From the human T2T-CHM13v2.0 reference genome, Homo sapiens, in NCBI RefSeq assembly GCF_009914755.1, contig NC_060925.1: DNA of 64,000 bases; one strand, written 5' to 3'. The stretch's first letter is position 1. The number at the start of each line of letters is the position of its first letter. The position numbers and the translations under genes are program-made. This document shows positions 1-14,129 of the stretch, piece by piece. The notes beneath the pieces are model-generated. The model did no database searches, was not told the DNA's origin, and saw only the letters and a program-made list of their open reading frames with translations.

Positions 1-972
1 TCACATTTTTATCTATTCCTCTACTTCCTACATTTGCGTTAGTCTCAGTTCCACACTTCACCACAGTCAATGCACTACCAGCCCTCTGCCAGTCATGGGG
101 CTGAAGTTCATCCTCTAGATGTTTCCTCCAGAGAGACTCCACAGGGACAATATCCACTGAGTTCTGCCATGTTCAGAATTGCTGGTGGGTGGCGCGTATA
201 TCTGAAGGACAGCTTGGCTCAATAGAAAATCCTGCCTCACAGCTTCTTTCCTCAATTAGCTCTCATTGGCGTTGCTCTACGGTCTTCCAATATCTTACTA
301 TTGCCTTATTATTACAAACAAGGGAAGGAGCTAGGTTTTCCTGGCCTATTGTAGGCAATGCCTTCTGCTGTTTGGTGTTTAAGAGATAGAGATGCTGTCT
401 CTTCTGGATGAGCTTCTCACTGACACAAGTGCGATTTTGCTCATCTTTCTGGACTCTCCGGTGGTGGAGCAATCTTGCCCTTTATACCCTCCCACATTGC
501 TTCTGCCACCCTTCACCCCATGTGGCTTGTGTGCCAAGGGTGGCTGCATTTGACAGCCATTATGCCTTATGTTCCAGTCTGCTCTTTCTGCATTCGAGTT
601 TGGCTGAAGATGGAGTTTGTGGGGTCTTTAGTCACAATATCCAGGCGGAGAAGATGAAAACTGCTTTTTCATGCTGACACGTTCACATCAGCGTTCTGTG
701 GAGCGACCCTACAGCTGCCCTAGCCTGCATGCGGCACTTCAGGTGCCACAAACAGAGGCCACAGCTCCTGCCTTTGACAAGCAGCCATCAGTCTCCTCAC
801 AGAATGGAGAACCAGGAAACCTCTGGAATCAGAGGCTGTCTCTCTTGCCATTGTCCCACATAACCATATGAGTTCACTGTACAGTCAGCCTTCTGTATCC
901 ACATGTCCTCATCCACAGATTCAACCCATCAGGGATCTCAAAAGTGTGAAAAATAATTAAAAATAATACAAC

Positions 973-1321
<349 letters not shown>

Positions 1322-1377
1322 TTACACTGTATCAGGTATAAGTAACCTAGAGATGATTTAAAGTACATGAGAGGATA

Positions 1378-1903
1378 GGCCAGGCACAGAGGCTCATGCC
1401 TGTAATTTCAGCGCTTTGGAAGGCCGAGGTGTGCAGATTACTTGAGGTCAGGAGTTCAAGACCATCCTGACCAACATGGTGAAATCTGTTGACCTGACAG
1501 AAGGAGAATGAGAATTAGTCTCAGAGTTTAATATTGAATATGCTGCAGGCCCATACGCTCTCTTTTTTGTAGCAGAGTACATGAACATTATTATAATAAA
1601 TGCCCTAACTACTACAAATCTTTCTAGGAGCACTATACACTATGCATTTTCCAGAACTCTATACCACACATTTTATTATCTAAACCCTCCTCTTAACCTC
1701 CCTGTCTCTACTTTTAAAAATATATATAGAAATTAGCCAGCCATGGTGGCTCATGCCTGTGATCCCAGCTATTCAGGAGGCTGAGGCATCAGAACTGCTT
1801 GAACCCGGGAGGCAGAGGTTGCGGTGAACCGAGATCACGCCACTGCACTCCAGCCTGGGTGATGGAGTGAGACCCTGTCCCAAAAAAAATTAAAAATAAA
1901 AAT
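1378..1903 (+). mobile_element. AluS-like element split by the ND1 NUMT
   Basis: Left arm 1378-1488, resumes CCCTGTCTCTACT at ~1700; TSD AAAGTACATGAGAGGATA (1360-1377) / AAAGTATATGAGAGGATA (1904-1921). Confidence 0.92.
1489..1705 (+). pseudogene. NUMT: decayed fragment of mitochondrial ND1 (about codons 198-269)
   Basis: In the mitochondrial code it reads [70 protein letters not shown], matching the ND1 segment [47 protein letters not shown]...ELYTTYFVTKTLLLTSL; one extra A (frameshift) near 1617 and a TAA at 1681. Confidence 0.93.
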
Positions 1904-2270
1904 AAAGTATATGAGAGGATATGTGAAGTTTATACACAAATACTACAGCATTTTATAGAAGGGACTTGAGCATCCGCAGATTTTAGTATCACCGCAGATA
2001 CCAAGAAACAACCATATATTGTGAGTCCTGTGAAGAAAGCAAAGTAGGCAAAGGGGAAGAAAAGTGATGGAGGCTGCTAATTTAGTTAAGGCAGACTTTT
2101 CTGAGTAAGGGCTATTTAAGCAGAGTGATAAATGACACGAGGGCCCACCTGTGCAGCTACCCAGGGGAAGGTCATTCCAAGCAGAGGGAGCAGCAGTGAG
2201 AGTTTAAGGCATGACAAGGAGGCTGGAGAGGAGCTGATGAGGGGCAGGTGCAGTCTGAAAGATAAACAGA

Positions 2271-3130
<860 letters not shown>

Positions 3131-4031
3131 AACAAGGGCAGGGAAGGTTACCCACAGGCCCCGATCCTGTCTTGCTGTCTTTGGTTTTACTCTGAGTGGG
3201 AATAACTGCAGGGTTTGAGCAGCGGCATGACATCATCTGACTTGCTTTTAAAGGGATCACTCTAGAAGCCAGGTAGAGAATAAACTACAGGAAGACACGA
3301 GGTAGAAACAGGGTGAGGCTCACACGAAGGAGCTTCTTGACTTCAACACTGACAGGCACCCTGCAGATGAGGGTCTGGAAACCCAGGCCTCCTGCCCTCG
3401 CCTGCTCTGATGGAATATCTGCCAAGCCAAGTCCAATGGCAGGAGGAGCTAGGGGGCCCAAGGACAAGCTGCCCTTCATAAGAGCAGGGACCCTGCCTCC
3501 TCAGCCCCTCTTCTCCACTGCAATATTTGCTCTCTCATGACCAGACACGGAAGCCCTGACCACCGGTAGCTTTGCAGGTGTGGAGGGGTACCTGGGGACA
3601 GCTCCCAAGGGCAGGTGCTCCGGGTCAGCCCCTGATTCCAAGGAGAAGGGTGCGGAGTGGCCACTAGGTGACAGCATTGCTCCGCTGAGAAGGCGGCCAC
3701 GCGCTCCACGGAGTTGGGTGTGTTGAAATCCCAGAAAGAAGGGGCTTCATGGGAAGTCTCAAAACCTCCCTCAGCCCCCTCGCTTTCATGGATGAGGATG
3801 GCAGTGAGGAATATGGTGGTGAATTCAGGAATTTCCAAGACAATAAATACTTTTCACATCAATCGCTTCATGTGACCCTTACAGCAAATACTGTGAGCTG
3901 GTCCATGGAGGCCTGTTAGTCCACTTTGCAGTGAGAACAGAGGCCCAGAGAGAGCACCGTGGCTGCCGAGCCCGGCCTTCTTCCGAGCTGTTCACCCCTT
4001 CCAGAATTGGGCCCAGTGGCAGGGCAGACAG

Positions 4032-4388
4032 TGGAGGTGGGGGGAGTGAGAAGTCCCTTTACCTGTGTCTGGTGTACAGATCGAGAGCAGCGCTCATAGT
4101 TTGGAAGTGGGGGGAGTGAGAAGTCCCTTTACCTGTGTCTGGTGTACAGGTCGAGAGCAGCGCTCATAGTTTGGAGGTGGGGGGAGTGAGAAGTCCCTTT
4201 ACCTGTGTCTGGTGTACAGGTCGAGAGCAGCGCTCATAGTTTGGAGGTGGGGGGAGTGAGAAGTCCCTTTACCTGTGTCTGGTGTACATACAGATCGAGA
4301 GCAGCGCTCATAGTTTGGAAGTGGGGGGAGTGAGAAGTCCCTTTACCTGTGTCTGGTGTACAGGTCGAGAGCAGCGCTCATAGTTTGG
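4032..4388. repeat. 70-bp-unit minisatellite (VNTR), 5 copies
   Basis: Unit TGGARGTGGGGGGAGTGAGAAGTCCCTTTACCTGTGTCTGGTGTACAGRTCGAGAGCAGCGCTCATAGTT starts at 4032, 4102, 4172, 4242 and 4316. Confidence 0.97.
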
Positions 4389-4679
4389 GACCCTTTTAGG
4401 ACCCTCCAGGAGCCGCTCACATCAGTTGATGGAGGGGTATCTAAATTCAACACACATAAAGTCAAAAGTGGCAGCAAAGGAGGAATTATATTTGTCACCG
4501 CCTCTCTGTATAAACACGCCACTAATGGTGTCATTATTCATTATCATGCAAAAAAGTGGGGGTGGCTTCCTTTGTGCCTCCCCCAACAGACCTAGTCAAC
4601 CCCCATATTATAAAGCATCCTATTCCTCTCCTTCAGCACAGAACTAAAGGAAATCTGTTTAACATTCTTTGGTTTTATG

Positions 4680-4961
4680 TTGTTGTTTTGAGACAGAGTC
4701 TTACTGTGTCGCCCAGGCTGAGCACAAACATAGCTCACTGTAGCCTTGACCTCCTGGGCTAAATCGATCCTCCCACTTCAGCCTCCCTAGTAGCTGGGAC
4801 TACAGGCATTTGCCACCATGCCTGGTTAATTTTAATTTTCTTAGAGATGAGGGTCGCAATAGGTTGCCCAGGCTGGTCTCAAACTCCTGGCCTCAAGAGA
4901 TCCTCCTGCCTAGGCCTCCCAAAATGCTGGGATTACAGACATGAGCCACCGTGCCCCGCCA
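4680..4961 (-). mobile_element. Alu (AluJ-like)
   Basis: Reverse-complement Alu motifs. Confidence 0.88.
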
Positions 4962-6606
4962 GCATTCTCTTAAGTAACTATGGGATTAATGTCGGTCCCT
5001 TCCACCAAACTGCTAGCTTCAAAAGAACAGGAACTGGTCTCTGTGCTCGGCACTACAACCTCAGCTCCCAGGACTGTGTGATGCATAGAAAGTGTACAGT
5101 AACATGAGTTAATGAATGCGCAAATGTCCTGGCCTAATGTCATGGCCTCCAAGAGGTCTCTCCTGCCGCAAGGTTTTGCAGAGTCCACAGCAAACGGCAA
5201 TCTGTTGCTGCATCGGGGCCAACTGCCTTCCATGAACCCGGAACTGAAGTCGGTTCCAAGTGAAAAGCTTCCCCGGGTTTGGGCCCGTTCCCCCAGCTGA
5301 TGGGCAGATAGAGCAGAATGGGAGATGACCCAGCGAGGCTGGCCCCAGCCCCACTCCCGCTCCCCAGCCCATTCACTGGCTGGGAGTCCTGCCCAGGCTG
5401 CAGGATGGAGAAGCCGGGAGAGCCTTGCTCGTAAATTACATTTTAGACAGTCTGCTGGGAAGATTAGAATCACACTGGTTTGGAGCCAGGGCTTTCCAGA
5501 GTGTCCCTGCAGGAAAAGAGGATCCGGGATAAACAGTGAAAGGGAAAGAGAGAAGGGGAGGGGAAGGGGGAGAAGGAGGTGGCCAGGGAGAGGGAAGAGG
5601 GAGGGAGAGAAGGAGAGGGAAGGGAGAGTAAAAAAAAAAAAAAAAAAAAAACAGAGAGACAAAAGACAGGGAGAGAGGGGTGGGGGCGGCGTGTACAACC
5701 AGGGCAGTGAAGACCAGAAGCCACAGAGAAGGGCCAGGGGAGACAGAGCTGGACAGAAGGAGCCAAGATTCCTACACAGGCAGGTGGGCTGGCACCACTC
5801 CCTCTGCCTCTTGCAGTTTTCCCAATCCTGGGTGCTGAGGGGAGCATGTCCCCAGCGTCTTTCTCTGGCAGAGAAGACTGATGGCCTCACTGGTCCTCAA
5901 TAACAAGGGAGAAGGATTCTTCCCAACCACAGCCCAGACTGGGGAAGACGTTTCCCCAAGGTCACACAGCAAACCTGGTGGTGGATCCGAGGACTTCAGG
6001 TGCTAGGCCGCCACTAAATGCTGTTCTTGGGGTCCCCTTGTTGGAGCAGGACAGGCTTCGAGGACAGACATGTGGAGGACGCACATTCTCGCACTTCCTC
6101 GGTTTCCACTGCAGCAGCATCTACCTGTTTCTCACCGCAAGACTCCTCCCCACCACACTGCAACACCTCTGATGGAATGAACTTTGGCCTCAAAATTAAA
6201 AAAAAAAAAAATGAGCTCTAGCCTCCAGAAAGAAACAATTTTTTAACTAAACTTTAAGCCCTGAGATCACAGAGGGGCACACCTCTCGGACTGGGATTCA
6301 GCAAACCTAGCTTCAGATCCCAGCTCAGCTATAAACTCACTGTGTGGTCTTGGGGTACCCACGTGATGTCTCTGGGCCATATTTTCCTAGAGAAGCAGAA
6401 GAGTGGAGTAGTGGTCCCCAAAGGGATCTTTCAATTTTTTAACAATCCTTACCTCCCCCTTGGAAGAAATCCCAAGTAGGGTGCGCTGAGTGAGCACTGG
6501 ATTGGAAGTCTGGGGCGCCCTAGGTCCCAGGAGACGCAGCTCGCAGCTCTCCCCTCACCTTGGCAGGCCCTTTCAGAGCCAGCAGCACTGGTTAAAATGC
6601 AAGCAT

Positions 6607-6962
<356 letters not shown>

Positions 6963-7330
6963 CTAGGCCTTTAAACTATGCCCATTATACCGATGAGAAA
7001 AATGAGACTTGGGCAGAAGTGATTTGCTGATGGTGACTCAGCTCAGAAGCAGCAGACGAGGCAGGAGTCAGATGGATGGAAGCCTGTCTGAGCCCACAGC
7101 CCCAGCACATGCCTGCTCTACCCAATGGCTGAACTGAGATGGGAAGAAATTTGGGGTGGATAAACGGAAGACAACAGCCGCCTCCCACAAGGAACCTCTG
7201 GATCATCTCCCCAAACCTCTTGCCCCAAATCTCTATTGTATAAAAAGATTCTTTTGTACTGACAAGAAAAACTGAGACCCAGAGAAGGTTTTGTAGCTCT
7301 GGGCATCCTTTCTGCTCCACTCATAGGACG

Positions 7331-7445
7331 AGAGTTACCAGAAAAAAATACAGGACAATAATTGAGACATATACTAAAAATATATTCCTAGTTTATCTGA
7401 AATTCACATTTAACTGAGCAGTTTTATTTGCTAAATCTGGTGCCT
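7331..7445. mobile_element. MER53-like palindromic MITE, internally deleted
   Basis: AGAGTTACCAGAAAAAAATACAGGAC...GTTTATCTGAAATTCACATTTAACTG...TTTATTTGCTAAATCTGG resembles MER53. Confidence 0.7.
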
Positions 7446-8522
7446 TCAGTGAGACACACCCCACTCCCCAGTTTCCATCACCCTTTAGGACTGGGATAGA
7501 TGGGGATGATCCAAATCTAGAGCCTGTGTCTCTTTCTTCCCAACCAGCGCTATCCTCACCTGGAATCCTGGGCCTTGCAGTGAACAAATATTGGAACAGA
7601 AACTTGGGATACAATTATTTTGTTCAACAAAGCGTTGAAGTCCAGCCATCTCTAATGCACATCCCAACTCTCTGGGGTTGTCCAAGGAGGCCTCTGTGTT
7701 GGGGCAGCCAGCGGCTCTTGGAATCCATTGAGCCCTGACCATGTGACCTCAAGCCAGTTCCATCACCCCTCTGGGCCTCAGTTTCCACATCTGTGAAATG
7801 AGAGCCCATTCCTCCTTTCCCTGCAGCCCTGGTCCAGGAGACCACAGCTGTGGAAGCATCTCCACGCCCTGTGCCCAGCGCTCTCGGGACCCAGGCTTTG
7901 GGCTCTGTGAAGGCTTCATGTCCCTCCTCCTCCAAGGTCAGGGTGGAGGGTAAGGGGTGGGAGGGCACCCTGGTCCTGCCACTGGGAGATGCTACTTCTG
8001 CCTTGTGACCAAGTATCACACATGCCCCAGATCTATGTGTCTCCTGCCCCCAGGTCCCAGTGTAGTGCCCAGCTAGTCAAAATCCATGCTGATGCAAATG
8101 AAACACAGCCTCACACGAGGTGCCCCGTGTGGATGATCCACTGCAATCCCCACCACCATCTCAAACCCCCTGAGACTCCCATCACCTGGCAATGCTACAG
8201 TTACTATGAGTGTGGTCTGCCTCCCCCAGGTCACTGGGCCCCCGTGGGCAGTGATCCTGTCTGTTCCGTTTACTGCCATGTGCCCAGGGCCAAGAACAGT
8301 GCCTGGCATGTGGTAGGTGCTCAGGATCTTGTTGTGAAATACACAAGTGGACAACACGGTAAGGTGACTGCTTTACTATCCCCTTTCACAAACGAAGAAA
8401 CTGAGAGGTAGAGATGAAGCCAGTTGCCCAAGGCCACACAGTGAGTGTATTTGAACCCAGGCAGCCTGACTCCCGAGCCTACCCTGTTAACTACCACCCT
8501 ACACAGGAGCATATGAAAAATA

Positions 8523-8875
8523 AATGCATGAGTTAATGAATGAATGCAAAAGTGAATGAATGAATGCATGAGTGAATGAATGAATGCATGCATAGTGAAT
8601 GAATGCATGAGTGAATGAATGAATGAATGCATAGTGAATGAATGCATGCATGAGTGAATGAATGAATGAATGCATGAGTGAATGAATGAGTGAATGAATG
8701 AATGAATGCATAGTGAATGAATGCATGCATGAGTGAATGAATGAATGAATGCATGAGTGAATGAATGAATGAATGAATGCATAGTGAATGAATGAATGCA
8801 TGAGTGAATGAATGAATGCAAGCATGAGTGAATGAATGAATGTGTGAGTGAATGAATGCATGCATGCATGCATGA
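8523..8875. repeat. Compound (GAAT)n/(GCAT)n microsatellite
   Basis: Runs of TGAA interspersed with GCAT, GCATAG and GAGT. Confidence 0.97.
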
Positions 8876-10513
8876 GCCACCCTTCATCTTTCACCCATCT
8901 CCTTCAGGGGCCTGTATTTCTCCCACAGTGTGGGGCAAAGCAGTCCCTACAAATGGTGGTAAGCAGTCAACCTGAGGTCTTAACCATCAGGTGCTCATGG
9001 AGACCCACTCAGAGACGGACAGCACTGGCCCCGAGTCACACTGCATGTTGGTAGGGGGCAGAGCATCCTGTCCCAAGGCCCCTGGCCCTCGAGCCTAGCC
9101 CTGCCCCACTCTGAGAACCTCGTGTGTTTGGTGGCACAGGCATGGCTGGGGGTAAACTCCAGGCTTGCTGTGACTACCTGGGTAACCTTAGGTGAGTCCT
9201 GCACCTCTCTGAGTCTCTCCTGTTGTAAAATGGGAACACTGCTACCCAACTCGCAGGGCTGTTCTGAAAATGATGAGGTGACATCGTGGACAACAAGCTG
9301 ACTTGGAGAACAGGCTCCGCTCAGCAGATATCACCAGTCCCCTCCCAGGCTCTACCCCACCAGCACTAACTGGGGCCCGCCAAACCCCAGAGCCAACCTG
9401 ACAATTCTATGACGGCTGAATCACTGGGAAATAATTGAGGTTAATTCCTCAGTCTCCTGCACATACCACCCACCTCTCCTCCCAGCAGGCCAGGGAGGAT
9501 TTATGAGTTAATGGTGGCATTGTCATGTAAAGGGCTTTGAGATCCTCGGAGAGAGAGCCCTGGGAACGTATAGAGTATGAAATGGGAGGCATAATGGTAT
9601 TAGCACCCAATTACTCCAGGATGATCACTCGCCCGCAGCTAAAACTAAGAGCTCTCTCCCCTAGTGACCCTTCCGCACGCCCCTGAAAGGACTAGGCAGG
9701 CAGATGCATTTGGCTCAGGCCTGAGTCCTTCCAGCTTGCTGTGTGGCCTTAGGAAGCTCACAGGCCCTCTCTGGGTATCTTGCCACATTAGCTCTCCTGA
9801 GGGTCCCTGCAAATCAACAATCATACACCCAGGCGGCCCCTCCGCCCCCGAGTGGTGGCCCTACCAGGGATGGTGGGAACCTCACATGGGTGTCAACTCA
9901 GAGAAGAAGCCAGGGATCTCAGCTCCCAGCCCAAGCTCCTTCCCCACCCCTCACTGAGGCCCCGACACGTGGACAAACAGCTCTTCGAATCTGTCATATG
10001 AAGAGCTCGCACGCTGCAGCTCAGAGAAACTTCCAGAGGAATGCACTTAATCCTGGCCACAGCTCTCTAAAGAAGCTACGATTATGATTCCCAATCTTTG
10101 GGTGAGAAAACTGAGGCCACAGGGCAGGTTATTGCCCACAGACCCAAAGCTGTGAAGCAAGTGACCAGGGTTCAAATCCAGAAAGCCTGACCCCAGACCT
10201 GCCTCATACACGCTCAGTATGGAGGAAAAGCCCCAATCTCCTTCCAGAGCTCTCACCCTCAGAGCTTCGTGCTGGAGCACCTGCCTGGTCCCCACTTCCC
10301 CTTGCTAATAGTAGAGCTGGAGCACAGCTTCAGTTAGCAGTGACCACACTCCAGGCCCTGTGCTGAGCGCCACTGACCCAAAGCCCAGGAAATGCATATC
10401 TGCATCCTCATTCTACAGGTGAGGAATTAAGGCCCAGAGACAAGTACTTGGCCCAAAATCTCATAGCTAAGATGTGGCCGCTCCATCATTTATGCCACCT
10501 CCCAATGTCATTC

Positions 10514-10786
<273 letters not shown>

Positions 10787-11165
10787 TGAGCCACCATTCC
10801 CCGCCTGAGCCACCACGCCCAGCCTGAGCCACCATTCCCCGCCTGCGCCACCATTCCCCACCTGAGCCACCATTCCCCGTCTGAGCCACCACGCCCGGCC
10901 TGAGCCACCACTCCTGGCCTGAGCCACCATTCCCCGCCTGCGCCACCATTCCCCGCCTGAGCCACCATTCCCCGCCTGAGCCACCACGCCCGGCCTGAGC
11001 CACCATTCCCCGCCTGCGCCACCATTCCCCGCCTGAGCCACCATTCCCCGCCTGAGCCACCACGCCCGGCCTGAGCCACCATTCCCCGCCTGAGCCACCA
11101 CTCCCCACCGAGCCACCATTCCCCACCTGAGCCACCATTCCCCGCCTGAGCCACCATGCCCGGCC
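10787..11165 (-). repeat. 19-bp-unit minisatellite, 20 copies, derived from the Alu 5' terminus
   Basis: Units TGAGCCACCATTCCCCGCC and TGAGCCACCACGCCCGGCC; the latter is the reverse complement of the Alu start GGCCGGGCGTGGTGGCTCA. Confidence 0.96.
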
Positions 11166-14129
11166 TGATTTCATTTTCCTTAGAGCGTATCATGCTCCCT
11201 CCATCTCTTTTCTTGCATCTGTGCACAGGGGAGTGTCTGCCCAGGCCTCACCTTTCCCCTTCACTGCCGGGTTTCTAGTGCCTGGGGCAGGACCGGGCAC
11301 AGAGTAGGTGCTCAACAGACGTTTATAAATAATGCTTGGAAGGAAATGTTTTGTAGGCTACGGGGCTGAGGAGTCTTCCTCATGGGGTAAGAATAAGAAC
11401 CTTCCACTTAAGCAGCCTGAGCAAGGCAAGGGATTGAGGCCGGGACGGGTATGGAGGCCGCTCAGAGAAAGAATCAGCAAAGGCATTGGCCACGGCTCTG
11501 TTGCACCCACAGTCCCTCAATGTCTTGGGCCTGACGTGCAGTCCAGCCCATCTGGCACAACTGACCCCCAAAGGAAGCATTCAGATCCTTCATCCCCTCA
11601 GGGAGCTGGGGGTCTCTAGGGCCCTCCTGGGTCCCAGAGCTCTCTCTGCCGGCCACAGCAGTTGTGGGCCCACCTGCCTTTCCCAATGGGAGCAATACAG
11701 CCTTTCTGAAAGTCTCTCTAAGGTCTCTGCCTCCTTCCTCGGAGACTGCTGGCGTCCTTGTCTTGGCCCAGGTCCTCACCTTCCTCCTTCGGCTCCCTTA
11801 CCCCTCCCCACCTGCCCACCCCCACACTGCCCCCTTCACCCATCAGAAGTTAATTCCTCAGAAACTTTCCTTGGGAGCAATTTCCACTTCTTATTATGCC
11901 CGCTGCGCCGGCCCAGCTCGGTGCTATCTGGCTCTGTACAGCAGGGAAGACGGTCTGACACTTGCCTGGAATAGCAGAGGTGATGGAGAGGGGGGCGGCT
12001 CCTGGGATTACGATAAGGGCTCACAGGCCGCTTGGTATGCCAGCCCAGGCCGCACGCTTTACCTTCCATATTGGGGTGATAAAGATGATTTTCCATGCTG
12101 GTCCCTATCGCCTATCAAGACCAAACATTCAAATACAGCCCTACGTTTTAAACTCTGCAGCACCCTGCAACACACCGCCTCCTCCAAAGGAAATGGAACC
12201 TTATGATTTGAAAGGTAAAAAAAAAATTAATTGAAGTAGCCAGGTCAATCCCTCCCTATCAACTCCTGGATTTAATGAAAAAATGGAGACCCATTTTGAA
12301 GGCAAGTGTGCTTATGGGGGGCAGAAAGAGAGAGACGGGGACTGGGAGGTATTTGGCCAGCTTCGAGAAAGCCCCATGCATGCCTTCAGGAGGGTTCCAG
12401 ACAAGGGCACCCTGTCCCAACCCACTTGTAGGTGCCCTGGCCTCAAAGTTGTAAAATCCCAGCCAAGGAGGAAGACCTTGACCCAAAAGAGAGGTGCCAG
12501 GTTGGAAGAAGCAGGAGGGGTGGGGGTGGAGGAGGGAGCGTGACTTCACTTCCCATCGTAATAAAATTTTACCAAAGAAGAAAGAGGCTTCAGGAAGGTT
12601 TGGCTTCTGTTTATATTATTATTATCATTTGAGGATTTCAGAATTGTTTCCTGGGTTCGGAGTCTGTCAGCAGAATATTTATTGTACTTTATGGTACATT
12701 AGTAACAAGATTGTCTTCCCTTTCCACCGCCAACTTCAAACCCCCTGTCATTCTGGAGGGAGAGGGTATTAAGGAGGAGGATTTCTTTTTTGCCAAAGTC
12801 AGCAGCTATGGCAGAGATGCCCCCAACTCCCGGAACTCCAGCTGCCTTGGCATCGCCCACGGGGCCGGGGGAGGAGTAGGGGAAGCGGCTAAGCTTTCAG
12901 GCTTTGTACCCTGGCTGGGCCTGGCACCACCATCATCCTTGTTCCTCTTGGTCATCGTGCACCCCGTGCACCTGCACCTGGCACCTCCTGAACTCTTCAG
13001 AGGGCTGCTGGGAGCACTGCAGGAAGAGGCCCTGCCTGCTGTGTCTCCCCATCCCCAGAGGGGCACCGCACCCCAGCACAGCCTCAGCACCAGCCACAAA
13101 TTACAGCCTGGACAACCGTGGATTGCTGGCCTGCAGGAAGGGGACGGAGTGGGGCGCCAGGGATGAGGAGGCGGCGCCATCCCCCCTCCTGCAGGAGCAA
13201 AGGGACAAAGGGGCTGGAACAGAGAAGCTGGCTGCCTAGCCAGCTACCCTGCCCACAGCAGCTTCTCCTACAGGTTTTACAAGTCTGCCCTGGAGGCGGG
13301 GAGAAACGTGGCCACAAGCCATTAATTACAAATTGGTTCAGGGAGGGAAAGGCTGGAGAAGGGGTTTCCACATCAGCTCCTACCTCAGCTGGGAATTCCT
13401 CCTCTTTCTGGAATGGGTCCTGCAGCAAGCTCTGGGCTGGCAGAGGGGTCCCAGCACCTGCCCCGCTGGGTGTTTGCCTGTCGCGCCTCTGTGGGCCTCA
13501 TTTTTCCTCACCTGTCAACCAAGGGATTGGATGAGATCAGCTCTAGAGATATTCCTAATTCTGGTAATAACAACAATGGTAAGAGCTGCCACAGGCATTA
13601 CCTCATTGAATCCTCCAACAACACTGTGAGCTGGGTCCTATTACTATCTTCACAGTGCAGGTGAGGGAGCAGGAGGAGCAGCGAGTGTGGTGGCCTCAGA
13701 GGAGGCAGAGTCAGCCTTGTCGTTTGGTAGGTAGTGGCAGTTGGTGCCTGGAGTCCTGCCTGACTCCAGAGCCCCCCTCGTGACGCTCAGCATAATGGCC
13801 TCTGACAATTCTGCAGGTCTAGGATTATACATTTATCTTCCAACTTTTCCTCATCAACTAAAAATAAAGAAAGAAATGTGTCTAGAATCTTAAAAACTTC
13901 AGGATGAGTTCCTGGGCAGCAGCAGGACTCTCCGTGCCCATGCAGACATCAGCAGCAGTGTGGGAAAATCCAGGCCTGGGCCTCTCTTCTAGGAGGTGGA
14001 GAGGCTGTGGAGAAGGCAGCCAAGCCCAGTTAGTACCCCAGGGGCACCATGGTCCACCACCTTCCCTCCTCTTCCAGAATCCCGCATCTTGCCAGGCCCA
14101 AATCTCCTCGCTCTGGACCACTCTCAAGA

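Noticed and set aside
1-870. Possible ancient L1/HAL1 fragment
   Set aside because: Only faint resemblance; too degenerate to call without a profile search
4032-4388. CRISPR-like repeat array
   Set aside because: Units abut with no unique spacers, there are no cas genes and the context is human; it is a VNTR
4970-5890. 306-aa minus-strand ORF
   Set aside because: Runs through low-complexity purine and poly-A DNA; no recognisable domain; overlapping ORFs occur on both strands
8321-8894. His/Ser/Phe/Ile-repeat ORFs in three frames
   Set aside because: Translation of the (ATTC)n microsatellite
12711-13534. Cluster of 110-150-aa overlapping ORFs in GC-rich unique sequence
   Set aside because: No recognisable protein family or clear splice structure; could be a lncRNA exon or enhancer but this cannot be supported from sequence
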